This document shows, one piece after another, positions 1 through 13,881 of a stretch of 64,000 nt of DNA (the stretch's first letter is position 1; each line of letters opens with the position of its first letter). The translations under genes were made by a program, and so were the position numbers. The notes under the pieces are model-generated. The model was not told where the DNA came from. It did no database searches and saw only the letters and a list, made by a program, of their open reading frames with translations. Source of the stretch: Selaginella moellendorffii (lineage: Eukaryota; Plantae; Lycopodiophyta); the NCBI RefSeq assembly GCF_000143415.4, contig NW_003314299.1, forward strand, positions 808,930-872,929, written 5' to 3'.

Positions 1-496
1 AAAAGCTCTGCCACTATAGTATCATGTTCCTCTGTCAACCGAAATCAGCTTGATTCTGTGCTCCACACCAGTCTTCTCACTAACCATGGGTGCCACTTGC
101 GGCTTGAATACAGCTTTGTAGTGGAACACTTGTGATCTTGTCCACCATCCCATCTCTTGGATATCCTGTGGATTTGCTTCAAAGTTGACACTGCTGCCCC
201 GTTCTCAATCGTGTTGACTGCCACTATTTCAGCATCATTCTTCCATCAGTGATTGCTTGCTGGAATCCCTCATACTCCCTCTTGCTGGAGGACCAGAACA
301 AGGTCGTCACTGGGCAGCACCGGCAAAGGATTTCCTCCCACTAAATGAGGACGTGATGAAGTCTCATTGACTGGCATTGGCTAGGCAGTCTAGTTAACAC
401 ATTACTGATGTTTTGGTGGGTCCAGAAAACCAGCTCCAATTTCTACATCCACATTTTTAGACCAGCATAGACTTTTTTAAAGTTCTAAGATTCTAT

Positions 497-3400
497 TCAG
501 TGAAAATCCTCACAAATCTTAACACTCTCAGTCAACCATCGCTCAATAAACATGCAAATGTTTGTACTATCAATAACTCCGAGCAACGCTGGAACACATT
601 CTTGTTGACAACCTGCAGTGTTTAATTTCCTTAACTTTGCTGGACGTTGTTTAACCTTTGGCTGAAACTTCGTCAAATCTACAAAATCCGTTGTGACCAC
701 AAGTTTTAGGCACCCATAGTTTGCAAGTTCCCTCACTCGCTTCGCAGCTTCGTCATCCTTTTCCCTCTTCACAACATTTTTATATCCTTTGCCACCCTTC
801 TTGTGCAAAAATAGCTTGTTAAGATCCAACAAATTCTGACAGTCACCCCTTGCCATTTTCTGGAGAGTCTTCATTTGAGCTGCACATATGATGAAAGTTG
901 TCACTGACTGACGATCATCTGCCTGCTCCCCACTACTTGGTTCTCCAGCGCATTGAAGCTTGTCTGCCTGCTCAGGTTGTGCATATTGCGTAACTGTCAG
1001 AAACCACCATATGTCTGGGCCGCAAGTCTTATTCCTGCCCGTCGAAAAGAAAGTAAAAAAGTCATCTTTACCGCTAGTCACACTGTTTATCCAATCGATT
1101 AAACGGAAGTCCTCCGTCTCGGTCCCAACGAGGTTCAGGTGATCAACCTTAGGCCTGGCAAGAATTGCAGTGTTGTTGTAGATAGCAGGAATCGGTTCTG
1201 TGTTCCACGATGAGAAAAGATCAGCCAGACGCTTCCCGTCTAAATGCTCCGCAATCATCTCTGCAATGGCAGTTTCATAAACCTCCCCAGTAGCACTGGC
1301 ACTTAATTCGGCCTTCTCCAGAAAATGATGCTGTTGGATCTGTTTCAAGGAGGAATTCTCCTGAAAATAGTGCCACAGTGCACGACAAACAAGTGGCTCG
1401 AAAATCTCTACAGCTTGGCATCCTTCGCTTGCATCAGCATGCCCAATAATTCCGTCTTGATCTTGATACACCCACTTCATCAGCCCGTGTCTTTTATGAC
1501 AAACTCTCCCAAGTCCACACTCCACCAGTGATAACGTTGGATTCAGCACGACCACCTTTCCTGTCCCAAAGAAGTGGTTCGCAACAACTGATTGAACTAA
1601 AGCTTTCGCTGCTGCCAATTCATCGCTCGGGACTGCTGAAAAAAATCGGTAGACATCATCGAGCATGGTCCTGTTCACTGTGCCCATAATATCTCCAGGA
1701 CTGATCTCATTGCTTGCTGATGCACCCCTGTGGCATTCCAGTCATCAGTCAAGAAGCTCTGCCGCTTGGCGACATTTCACGTACCTCGTGGATGTTGTCT
1801 TTTTGGCAAAATCCAAGAAAAACTCCGTAGCTGCGTTTGGAGGCGGGTTAGAAAGGATATAGTGCTCAAGAGCAGTAACAAACGTCCGATATCTTCCTCT
1901 GTACAGCACCCCGAGCCTCTCAAAGTCTATGACGCTGCAATCCTCCAGCACATTGCTAGCATATTGCTCCAGGGACTCACCATCCCGAAACTCGCCAAAG
2001 GATGTATACCACAAGAGGCTCACACGGAATTGCTGAGTCTGTGGACACAAACATTAGCCATGAAACGCAGGAACGCATACAATATACCCCCGAGATGTGA
2101 GTGTTCCAATGAAACAGTGATCTCCCAGTCCCAGCAAAGATTACTGTGTAATGGAAGCCAGCACCCCGTAGAGCGGTAACAAACTCATCAAGCATTGATC
2201 TCGTCTTCCCATCCCCTACCATGAACCTGTCTTTCAGATATGTGTTCACCTCCTGGCACTCGTCCAAAATAACCAGCCAGTCCCGGGCGTACGGATAGAG
2301 CATCCAGGTCAACGCAGAGTTCAAATCAAAAAGATCATCTACTGACTCCGCCAGCGTCAAGATGCACCCAGTTAAATAGGCCCAAGGGTCAGCCTGAACA
2401 TATTTGAGCTGCCGGTGCATAACCTGGTTGAAAAGAAATGTCAAATTGCTGACTGGCTTGAGGAGGTCGTCAAATTTTCGGTGAAGGAAAAGCCTTGACA
2501 GGAGCACCGCCTTCAAACAGGTCGTGAGGGATGAGACGGGAATCGGACCTGTTGGATACAGCCTCTGCAGTGTCTCGGACACAACCAACAGGTCCCGGGA
2601 GCCATCAGCAGTAGGCGAACCGGAGAAGTAAAGGCACTTCCGCTGCGCCGCAATCTCGTATAAGCAGCGCGTCTTTCCGGATCCAGCGGTGTCGAACAGA
2701 ATCAAATGAGCGGGCTTGGATTCTTTCATCAATGAAAGAATCTCTCCAGAACCAAGAGGCTGCTCCAGATCATGCCACAAAAGACTCGGTTGCCAACGTC
2801 CCGAAACCTGTATCTGGCAAATTGGAACCTTGGTGAGCGGGAACTTTCTTTTGAACGCGTGTTCAGGGGTCATGCTGGAAATAGTGCCCGAGAGTTGATC
2901 CCAAAACTTCTGTAGTATAGCTTCCACAACCCCTGCAAAACAAACCAAACGCTGTCGATAAAGGACGAGCAGGCGTTCAGTACCTTTGGTAATGGGCTCT
3001 CTTCTCGCCGCTGCAAAATTACAAAATATCGTGTTTAGAAGGAACGGCAAACGATGCAGTCAGACAAAAGATCAAGCGATAGCATCTTACCTCGCTACAA
3101 GACATGGATAAAAGACATCAGATTTCATAAGCCACGATCCCAAAGAGCCAGGCAAGATACTCTATAGATTGTTGAGGCAAATACGCAGAGACGATCTCCA
3201 AAAGAAACCGAAGGCATACACAAAATAAACGCGAAGTGAAGCTACCTTAGCCAAAATCCTTAACCATGGCCGAAAGCAACATGGAAGCACACAGCCAAAT
3301 CGATAAACACACAAAGAATGACTTACCATTAGATTTGAGGAGGAGGAGTTTTTCCTCCCGCAGCAGTTCTTTCTCCTTCCGCAGCAGTTCTTCCTCCTTC

Positions 3401-3561
3401 CGCCCTTTTATCTTCCGCAGCTGCTCTTCCTCCTTCCGCCAATATTCCGCCAGAGATTGATTGCCACTCTGAAGGGCAGAGAGAAAAGCTCCCCCAACCG
3501 CTTGGATCTGCGACTCAAGAAGCTCGATTTGAGCCTCCACCTTAGCCAACTCCACGTCCAT
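497..3561 (-). CDS. Crinkler(CR)-like protein: N-terminal coiled coil + P-loop NTPase + C-terminal PD-(D/E)xK-type nuclease (multi-exon)
   Basis: Joins ORFs 3247-3726, 1977-3050, 1745-2050 and 497-1687 via GT-AG introns (e.g. ~2040-2087, 1728-1784). Coiled coil EYWRKEEEQLRK..., Walker A DTAGSGKT, Walker B LVILDECQ, GRYR motif, and E..GPD..QxK (GEVYE / GPDIWWF / AQMK). ATG at 3561 inferred. Confidence 0.65.
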
Positions 3562-3839
3562 TCTGCTAGCTGAAACCCTATCTTGAGTTTTAATAGTCGT
3601 CGAGCCGTCGGATGACGATCGTGCGGTTCCGGACGATTCTAGGGCACCAATGGCTATGATTAGCAGCAACAAACAACTTTGTTTTAACGGCAGACTAAAA
3701 AGCCACAACCTAAATTTTTTATACAAGTTAGTTGTTGATGTTTCATTTCACCAGAGACAAGAACGTCTCTTGTGGACAGCATGGAGTTGTCACAAAATCT
3801 CTTCGCAGCCCCTGTTTTGTGTCGAGTGAAACCACATCA

Positions 3840-5948
3840 CTAGGCCTTCTTTGGCTGCTTGGAACTGATTCGACAGCTGAAAGCATCGAGCAAGCCAGGG
3901 TCTTCTTCGCACGTAAGGTAAGCGGCTGCCTCGGGATTGGCCAGAAGCTGCTTGGCGACCAGATAGCCAGCAATGGACCATGTCTGGAAGAGTCTCGATT
4001 GCTTGCCTATAAACTTCCCTGTGCGGCTGTCGTAGTACTCGGGCCAGCGGTCTCTGGAGATTCTCCTCTCCATGATTTCTAGAGCCTCGTACGCCACTTC
4101 TGATCTTCCCATCTTTATGCAGGCTAGTGTAAACTGTCAAGGAGTAACAAGGCAGCGTCAGAAAAACTTGCCATGGATCATCTTTTCATGATTTCTTGCC
4201 TGCCAGATGAGTGTAGGCCAGGAACCTCCATTATGGTAAGACCATGCCCTGGAAAAACTCACAGAGTTATGACTTCCAGCACAAAATTTACAAACAACTT
4301 ACGTGTTTTTGGGGTCACCGCCGGTGATGATTCGCCACTCCTCGTTTTCAAAAGCCGGGAAGCAGATCTTGAGAGGCATGCTTCCGACCAAGTGCTTCCA
4401 TCTGTCTTGAATGAGATCGAGAATTCCGCTGGATTGTTGTGGTGTTGCCAGGGAAGATACTATCGCCCACAAGTTTCCCAGTGAGAAGAACCGAAAGTCC
4501 ATGTGAGCCGGCTGTAGGTTGCCGATAAAGTACCCTCCATGATCGGGCATCCAGTCCGCAAGCCAATCCGGGATTTGCTCGGGATAAATATTAAACTTGT
4601 TCACAGCTTCATGCGAGTACTCTTCGGTTTTATAGCGATAGATCTCGTTGAGCTTAGCTATGTCGAGCCAATAGTATTCCCTTATGTGGAACGACAGTGC
4701 GCTAAGTCGCGAGTTAACCGCTGTAAGCAATTGATGAGACTTCTCGTCTGGGATAAGCATCTCTTTCGCACATTGAAGAGCCGAGTAGAAAAGCGCCTGT
4801 GTTCCGAGAGACGGTTAGTATTTTCTCTCGAAGCGAAATGACTATAAGCACCTGTATTTCAAGAGGATGGCCGTGGATGCCCATGCGACGATCGATCATA
4901 CACGAGCCATCCGTGACCAGCAACGTCGGGAACATGTCAAACCCGTCAGAGAGACATAACTTAAGAATCATCCTTATGCCGGTTTGGACGTCCATTCTTT
5001 CCTGCAATGACAAGTCGCCCGTGGATTTACCGTAAGCTCGGAGGAGAATTATCCACCACAGACCTGGAGAATATCAAATGAAGATGAAACTGGAATCCAA
5101 CAAAGAGAAACGTTAAGCACCTGAGTCTACTGGTGCCACCCTTCCGATAGCAGCTTCTCCAAAGTCTGGGTCCAGGATCTCCTCGCAAGTGTCCTCTTCA
5201 GCGGCAACCGATTGAACCTTGAAACTTGCAGGCATTAGACCCTGCCCAGGACTGTAAAAATCAACGGTTTTTTCCCAGCTCTGCCACCAGTCATAGAGCA
5301 AAACTTAGTATAATCACACACAAGGAATAACTTTACCTGTAACCTTAGCGTGCATAGTAGAAAGTTACGAACAATGGCTGGTTCTCCTTTCAGTAGAAAC
5401 GCAATGCCCGCCGGAACAAAATCGCGGATGAAAACTTGATCGTAGTTTAGAGCCGAAGCGTCGGTGGGGTCGTTCGCGGCAATCGTTCCCACTGGACAGC
5501 CTTGGTAGTGCACTATGGAGGCCCTGAGCAGTCGCCACGCTTCTTGCTCGAAGGGACTCTCCTTCCTGGCTTCCTTGAAAGTTAAGTCGGACGAATTGCC
5601 TTTAAAATTCTCTACGTCGAGATTGAGAGGAAGGATTCCCGCGGCTGGAACGTAGACTTGGCGCTGGCGCTGCTGGTCTAGATCCGGAACAGGATTAGCT
5701 CCATCCTGTGTGAAGACTCGATTCTCGGCCAAGATGTAGAGCCTCGATTTTAGTGGAGACCGTCTCCATTTTCCTCTGCGGAGGAATCGTATGGAGTCGG
5801 AGCGCCTGGGGTGAGACAATGCGAGGCCGCTGACGATAATCGACCCTCTACAAACCCTCCCGTGCGATTGGGAGCCCGGATTCCACGTCTTGAGCCTCGA
5901 TGGGGACGAAAGAGCCGCCTCTACTCCTGGAAAGCTTCCTGGACTCAT
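3840..5948 (-). CDS. Alkaline/neutral invertase (GH100), organelle-targeted type
   Basis: Motifs [65 protein letters not shown]...QTWSIAG; Arg/Ser-rich transit-peptide-like N-terminus. Confidence 0.95.
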
Positions 5949-6342
5949 GATTGTTCGCAAATCCGGCCGCGGAACGGGGCAAGAAAGGCGCCGGAAACCC
6001 TACCTCGATCGACCGGCTCCTCTTCCCTGAAAATCGCAGAATGCCGCTTCCAGATCAATCGAAAAACACGAAAATCTTGCAGATTCTTGCTGGAAATCGC
6101 TCGCTGAGCGCTCCGATCGTTGGAAAAATGGAAGAAGAAACGCTTCACGCGCACAAAATGAAATAGGGCGCGCGATGGAACGAAGACCAAGCCACAGAAA
6201 GATCTATCCGACGTGGAAAGTGACCGTTCCTAGTCACTTGCTGACGTGACGTGGCGCATTTGGTGGCCACGACTATAACGTAGAAAACGTGAATTTTTAT
6301 TTCACCCATTTATTTACTTTAACCACGTCTGGTGGTTTACTT

Positions 6343-7135
6343 CTACTTGCAATTGTCCCCGTTGGTAAACTCAAACGCTGGTACCACGTACGCGGTCTCC
6401 TTGCTCGAGGTGGAATGCAGCGTCGGTGTGAAAGAATTGGTGGCAGAGCCAACAGGAACGTTACACGTGGACGGCAGCGATGACGTAATGACGGACACGG
6501 CGCAGCTACCAGGGAAGCCCAGTGGTTCCAAGTGGTGGAACCCCATCGAGAACTGGCCATGGTGCTGGGTTACCATCGTTAAGTTTGCTTGCGGGCACGA
6601 TAGCTCCACGGAAACACCTGGAGAAAACGAGAGAAAACTTCTCGGAAGAACTTTGGAAGCTCTTACCAGAGAGACCATGGGTCTTGGCCTTGTGCTTGGT
6701 GGAGCAACGCTCGCAAGTGACTCGGCCCCTGATGGTAATTCTTGGAGTGTGCGAAGGTGGTGATCCGTCAATGGTCCCTGGAGCCGGAGGTGTCGACTGA
6801 GCTGACGATTCCGGAGCTTGCGATGGCGCTAGAATGCTGGTGACTTGCAGAGAATCCATAGCCGAAAGCCTCTCGTCTTCCACGGCACGAACACTTTCCA
6901 GGCGAAGTTGATCATTCGCAGCACCTTTTTCTCCACGAAGATGTGGAGGTAAAGGACCGCCCTTGAGAGGATCGGGAGGACCATTACCATTACCGCCGCT
7001 GCCGCTGGTAAGGGGAGAGAGCGGTGAAGCAGCCGGAGAGATGGAAACTTTTCTCGAGTGTCCTGCATTGTCAGCAGCAGAGACGATTAGCAAAACCATG
7101 AAGATGGGGACAGAAATAGCTAAACGACCACCCAT
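6343..7135 (-). CDS. Pollen Ole e 1 allergen/extensin family secreted protein
   Basis: Signal peptide, Pro/Ser-rich linker, IRGRVTCERC...LSG|VSVELSC...G.F...C.V...C pattern across one intron. Confidence 0.8.
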
Positions 7136-7379
7136 AGCTATAGCTCTACGGCTCCGAGATATCACTCAACTATATTATGGAAGAGAATTTATGCGAACCT
7201 GGAGGCCGTGCATGCGGCTAGTGTGTGGGCGTCCGTCTTCTTGGCATGAGCCCCAGAAGCCCGGAAAAAGTTTTAATCACAAAAGAAACAGCTTCCTCTA
7301 CCGTTCACATCGTCGCTGCACAGTCAAAAAGTGAGAAACAAAACATATGTTTGGGAATGCCTTACCACCTTTAAGTATT

Positions 7380-8994
7380 TCACGTTCGTATTTCGTAGCT
7401 GGCGGCTCTTGTTACTGCACGAAATCCCTTGTAAGGCCGGTACTCCACGTTTCTAATGTCCATCTTGTCCACTTTCAGACCGGACACGGCCGTTCCCTGG
7501 ATCTTAAAACCAACCAGGAAAGTTGGAAACTCTTCTAAGCGATTGATCCCTGGTTCCAGCTGCAAAGTGCCACTTAAGCAAGGAGACTTGTCCTTTGGAA
7601 TACGTCCTATGATCCATGTTGATACCTGCAATTATAAGACTCAGAAACATCATAAAGGAAGGTTAGCTCTAGTGTTACCTTTGTAGAAAAGCTGTACGTA
7701 ACTGTTCCAACACTAGCACTCAGGTTTGTGGACACCACAGACGGAGGCCAAGGTAGTTGAACGATAATAGCATCCACGGGTTTCCCAGGATCGCCTCGAA
7801 GCCCCACTAGAACATTTACACGACAAATTCCTTCGCCAGAGCTCAATTGAGGACGAACGAACAGTGGAGGATTTTTTAAGCCCTTCACTCTGCAAATACG
7901 ATATCAGTTAGTGCTAGTAAGTATGCAAAACAAGAACAAACCTGTAGCTCATGAGTTTAAATGCACCATCTGGAGGAATGAACGATAACATTTGGTCCGC
8001 TTCCCATGCCCGGTATCGCACACAGGGGTGAAAGTTTACGTCGTGTAGAATGTCGGTATTTGCAAACGTCAGCGAGAGTTCAGGCATCCCGGACAATCTC
8101 GAGGTCGCTTGGATTTCTCCATAAGCCTCACATTTTACGACGAAACCATCCCTGCACTCACAACTTTGTAAACTTAGAGATAGCAATAGTGCTGCCTATA
8201 TACCTGTTAAAAACTGCATCCATCTCCTCGACCAAGTCAAAGTAAATCTCGTTGTTCGAGTGCTTCACGTTACTAGCCCTCCAAGAAACTTGCGATGAAG
8301 TTGCCAGAGGAGAAGCAGCGTTCAAACTTGACGAAGTCCCGGTGACAACACTGAGAACTCTACTGACCAAATTCGGAGGAGCAATAATCTCTTTTAACAC
8401 ACTCGGCTCAGTCGTGGAAGGAAATCCGCTGTCCATCATTTCGTCGAGAATCTACGAGCAAGCGAAACATCAGAGGAAAGCCACCACTGATAAACTTTCA
8501 ATCACCTCGTATACGATCACGAAATTGTCCTTGAGAATATCTTCATTCAATCCTCCTAGATAGTTTTCTAGAACACTTGCAACCTTGCACAGAAACTTCA
8601 AAAAGAGAAACCAATCAACGCAAGAAAAAGCTCTCAAACACGAACCTCGATTCCCAGAAGAGGAGGCATCTCACTCGCTGTGCATGCCAGAAACGTCACG
8701 CCCTCCCGGACAATGTGTAGAAGGTAATGCGTCGGAGACGCGATAACGGAGGGAGGATCCTGGACGATCAGCCAGAAAGAATGTAGGTCTTGGCAAAAGA
8801 GAGCTTGATCTTACCTGATCTTCCTTCTCTGATCGCTGCCGCCAGAACCAGCTGCAAATGGATCGCTCCACGCGCTTTCCCATCCATTGCTTCTCAAGAA
8901 TCACGTCACTGCACAGGGAAATTTCCTGCTTAGACCACAGATAGCTCAGAGAGGCGTACCCGGCATCGGAGAGGAGGAACAAGCACTGAATCAT
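7380..8994 (-). CDS. AP3M: AP-3 adaptor complex subunit mu
   Basis: MIQCLFLLSD.G.VILEKQW, DNFVIVYE, MMDSGFPSTTEP, NNEIYFDLVEE, FHPCVR, SFIPPDG.F.LMSY, SGLKVDK...PYKG. Confidence 0.93.
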
Positions 8995-9206
8995 CGCTGC
9001 TAGAACCCTAACTTTGCGAAATAAAATGGACGAGCTGTGATTGGAGGGAATCTAGGTCCGGAATGTCGTGCGTGTGGACCGTCCGATGTCGGTTTTCTTA
9101 AAACTATGAGAGACAATACAATGCAACCACAGACGAGGGCAAGCAGAAGGATTATGGCGATTTAGTAGCGTAGCGGGCTTGCAGCGTCCTGGATTTCTAG
9201 GTCACG

Positions 9207-12200
9207 ATGTTCTTCTCCGGCGATCCGGGGCTGCGGCGCAAGGTGGAGCTGCGAGGGCGCAGCTCTAAGGAGAGCGATCGGCAAGGGACTCTCAACAGGG
9301 TCAAGGACGAGCGCGAGCAGCGGCAGCGAGCGCGGCTGCGGCAGCAAGGCGCTCTTCGAATCCAGGTAGTGTCCTCCATTTCATTCCCGGATTCCGAATT
9401 CTTGTTCCCAGAAATGCTTTCGGGGAAGGCGAGACGTAGCGGTCAATCAGGTCCTCATTCGAGAGAAATTCGTCGCAGCTTTCGGAGAATTTAGCGATAG
9501 AGCGGACAGGTGATTCTTGCAGAGCTCATAGCTTTTGATAGATTTGGAGCTCATAGCTAGCTATTCTATTCTATTTTCAGGAACGTCTTCAAGCCCGAGT
9601 CTTTATATCTTCCTCAGATTTTCTTCATGATCTCTCCGAAAAATTCAGCGGATTTCTACCGGCTGGCTGGAGCTTGCCGCCATTTTCTTCGATGCATGAG
9701 TGAAACGGGTAAGCTCCATTGAATGAAAATGCTGGAGCCTGACTTGATCCACAGAAGGTGGTGTCTTCTCGGTTTTTGTTAGCGGAGACTATACGACTCA
9801 AAGAGGTGCTATTAACTATAGAGTGAAGCATTTTGCGATTCTTTGTCTACAAGGTCTCTACCATCACCGGTATGTGAGAGTAACGCAGTCGTGATTGTTT
9901 TCTTGTTTACATTGGATTTACAGAGAATCACTTAAGGAAGAGTTAATGCTTCCAGAAGATGGATCCAGAGACGATGTCGCAGGGGTTCTCGTGCGCACGA
10001 TTCTCAGCCTTGCAACGGTCGAGTTGCCTTGGTCTGGAAGTCTTATTGAGCACCTTGCACTCAACAAGATGTTTTGTCTTCTTCGTGATCTCGTCTTGAC
10101 ATTGGTATGTTACTCACTTCCAGGCTACTTGTGTTACAACACATTTCTTTTCCAGAAAAACACAGATGCTCGACCATTGGTGATGTTATCTTTGGAGCGG
10201 CTTGTACATCAGCTCTCTGTTTTGTATGTGGAAAAGTTTCAGTACTTGAAGCCGGTGCCATTTACCTGGAGTCTCCCGGCTCAGATATTTTCTGTTCCAC
10301 TTCTCTGGCGACGACTTCCGCGTCTGAAAGAGGTCCGAAAGCTTTCGTTTTCTAAAAAAGTTTTTTATATGAGACATTCACAGGTCAGCGTTACGGACGG
10401 TGTTTGGGCTTTTGTTGTTCATCAAACAGCCATAAATAAACTTGACTTGAGGAGCTCTCTTCCTTCTGATGTAAGCCCTGAGTTTCCGTCATTTGTTTGC
10501 TTGCTGGGAAACCTCTTGGAAAGCTCACGACTCGCCATGCAACAACCAAATACTATGATTCAGCTGGTAAGTTTGATATGCCTCCTGTTGATAAATGTAT
10601 GTTACGAGAGCATTGCAGGTCACAGATATAGCAAATGTAGCACGGACTCTGTTGAGCACTCCACCGATAACCTGTGCTCTTTGTCCGAAGGAAACGTTCA
10701 GTGATGGTAACACTCTCACGTTATTATTCTTCTAACAACATTCTTCTTGCAGCCAGCGAGGACGACGACATGAAAATTGACATTGAAGAGAGCTTTGCTT
10801 TAGAACCAGCATTGATATCCCAGCTAAAGCACGCGTCTGATGGGATGTTCCTGAAAGAAATGGTACATGAAATTGTTATCTTTCAAAACCCGTTTTCTCA
10901 CTATCTTCCAGGTGAGGGTTGCCTTCTCACAAGCTCCACTCGATTTGAATACGGTTGCTACACCATTTGGTGGTGCTCCGGAAGCCAGTGCGGTTTCTGC
11001 CGTTTGCGGCTTTTTATATGCGGCATTTTCTGTACTGGATAGAACTACAATAGTCTCGCGCTTGGCATACGTTGCGAACCTGGTGCCTCCACTGTGGCAA
11101 TATATTACTTCTTGTCGGCTGAATAACAACTGGCCAGCGATCGAGCTGCCTTCTCAGGATGCGCAGCTATCACCAGAGCTACTTGGTTGGATGCTGCCAC
11201 TTGCGGTTTTCTGTCCCGTCTTCAGGTGCGTTCAAAATGATCGCGTGCTTGTCTAAAGTCTTTTTTTGCAGTCATCTGCTTTTTAGCATGGACAACGATG
11301 AGTTCTACAACATGAAACAACCGATAAGTATAGAAGATGTTAAGCAACTGGTGCTTATTTTGAAGGAGGTGCGCAACCAGATACTATTGATAAAAGCGAT
11401 TGACATTGTCTGTTACTGTAGGGACTCTGGCAGCTTCTGTGGGTTATGCCTTTCAAGCCGTCAGCCTTCGTCGCTTCCGATATATTTGTGTTTCAAAACA
11501 TGCGTCAATTTTTTATAAATGTTTCTGCAAGTCTACTGGCGGAGGTACGTCACTTTCTACTATTCTTTTCTTATGATTCTATTCCTTGCAGCTGCATGAC
11601 CGCAATAGCAAGCGGCAGTTTGCACCATCACACACATTTCATGCAAGGGAAGCGATTGAAGAAAGCTTTTTCCACCAGGTATTTCCTACTATCATTTTCG
11701 CGTAACTCAAGGCACCGTGACGTACGCAGGCAGAAGGGGAGAATACCAAAGCCCGGGAGGTTCTCAACAGAGCTCCTTTTCTAATACCGTTCACACTCAG
11801 AGTTCGTGTATACACGGTAATTCCCCGTCTCCCTTTACTAGCTTCCTGTAATGCGTAATTGCAGGCTCAACGAACTGCTGCAAGGCAAAACACGTCCCGC
11901 CAATATGGACTTCAAATCAAAGTGCAACGAGATCGTATTATCGAGGACGCCTTTATGCAGTTCAATGTGCTCAGCGACGAGTCTCTGCGGGGAACGGTAA
12001 TGGGTTCACAAATTTGAAGCTAGTTCTAGTTCTGATGTTCGTGCTTGTACAGATCAGAGTTTCTTACGTCAATGAACTCGGTGCTGAGGAAGCCGGAGTC
12101 GACGGAGGCGGCATTTTTAAAGATTTTATGGAAAACATAACCAGTGCAGGTTTTGACATACAATATGGCTTGTTCAAGGTAACTACATGCATTCGCGCTC

Positions 12201-13587
12201 AGCCGTTACAACGTATTCCAGGAAACTGCGGACCATCTTTTGTATCCTAACCCAGCGTCCCATATGGTCAACGACGAGCATCTGCAATACTTCGAGTTTT
12301 TTGGCAAAATATTGGGAAAGGTGAGCTTGCATAGGAACTTTTTATTTCCTCGTTAACATTCACCGAGCAGGCAATGTTTGAAGGGATTCTCGTGGACATA
12401 CCTTTTGCCATGTTTTTCCTGCGTAAGCTGAGGAAGAAGTAAGTTACAGCTGCTTTACGTGTTAGCTTACTAGTCTCTTCTTTCGCAGGCACAATTACCT
12501 ACACGATTTACCTTCGCTGGATCCAGAGCTTTATAAGAATCTACTTTTCTTGAAGGTATAACTGAGCTCTTTGATTTTGGCCTGACGAGCTTGTTTTACA
12601 GAACAACCCAAATATGGTGCAGCAGCTGGGCCTCTATTTCGTAATTGAAGACAATGAATATGGAGAGCAATTAGAGGTGGAGCTTCTTCCAGGGGGAAAG
12701 GATATCCAAGTCACCAAAGACAACGTCTACCGATACATTCACTTGGTAGCAAATCACCGTCTGAATCACCAGGTTAGTGCTGCTTGGTTTTTCAGTCAGT
12801 CACTTGTTCCTGCAGATCCGCCAACAAAGTAACCATTTTTTGCGTGGCTTTCAACAACTTATAAGCCCGGAATGGTTAGATATGTTCAACGAGCACGAAC
12901 TCCAGGTTTAGTTTCACATGTTCGCTGGTTAGAAAAAACACTTATGTCGTTGCTGTCGCAGATCCTTATCTCCGGATTTGAAGATGCCATGGACATAGAC
13001 GATCTCCATCACAACGTGAACTATGGTGGTGGCTATCATGAGGTAGAATACTTCTCTTTCATTGCGTGGCGAGCGAATACTTCTTTTCTTTTGGCAGAAC
13101 CATCCAGTGATTCAGATGTTCTGGGATACCGTGAAAGCCCTGGATGCAAATATGCAGCGGAAGTTCCTAAAGTTCGTATCCGTTTGTTTTCATTTTGTGT
13201 TCGTGACCGTTTTCATTTGCAGGTTTGTTACGGGATGCTCGAGAGGGCCATTGCTCGGCTTCAAATACCTGGAGCCTCGATTTTGCATCCAGAAGTAAGC
13301 TCTTTCACCTTACCATTTTCTCCACTTGTTCTTCTTTTCTCTTTTGTCCTTCGATTCCAGGACCGCTCCCGAAGGCGCAGCAGAGGAGGCTCTTGACAGA
13401 CTCCCCACGTCGGCGACTTGTTTGAACCTCCTGAAACTCCCTCCTTACAAAAGGTTCGTTGGTGTTTATTTTTCTTACTTGTAGCAGTTCATTGATCTGT
13501 TCTTTTCTTGTTTCTTGTAGCAAGGATACGATTCGTGAGAAGCTACTCTATGCAATAGCTGCCGAGGCTGGATTCGATCTCAGCTGA
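9207..13587 (+). CDS. UPL6: HECT E3 ubiquitin ligase, UPL6/UBE3C-type
   Basis: N-terminus MFFSGDP..RKVELRGRS, IQ-like motif; HECT motifs EAGVDGGGIFKDF, FVTGCSRGPLLGF, LPTSATCLNLLKLPPY; ends AEAGFDLS-stop at 13587. Confidence 0.92.
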
Positions 13588-13673
13588 GTGACTAAGCACT
13601 GTACAGAAAAAGCAAAAGTTTTGAGGAGATTTTGCGTTCCTCCTTTGTAAATTGGAAAATTTGGAACCCGGTT

Positions 13674-13714
13674 AACGAGCGTTTTGTAGGAAGCTTGAGA
13701 AGGTTCAAACAGGT
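13674..13714 (-). repeat. Inverted, diverged copy of the UPL6 catalytic-Cys coding segment (13416-13460)
   Basis: Minus strand reads acc tgt ttg aac ctt ctc aag ctt cct (TCLNLLKLP) versus act tgt ttg aac ctc ctg aaa ctc cct in the gene. Confidence 0.7.
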
Positions 13715-13881
13715 TGAGCAACTCCCGACTGAGAGTTTTGTGTAGAAGTTGATCCTCCATGGCTGACGATGACGAACGAACTTAACGGTAGGGCAAACTG
13801 CAGCCGTTGGATGGGCGCGTTTTGAAAGGTCACGATGATTCAGCTGAATGGGAAGGGTTTTGCGGGCATGGAGACGATGGC

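Noticed and set aside
1742-1747. Premature TGA-TGA stops making the Crinkler-like gene a pseudogene
   Set aside because: They fall within a plausible 57-bp GT-AG intron (1728-1784) that preserves the frame.
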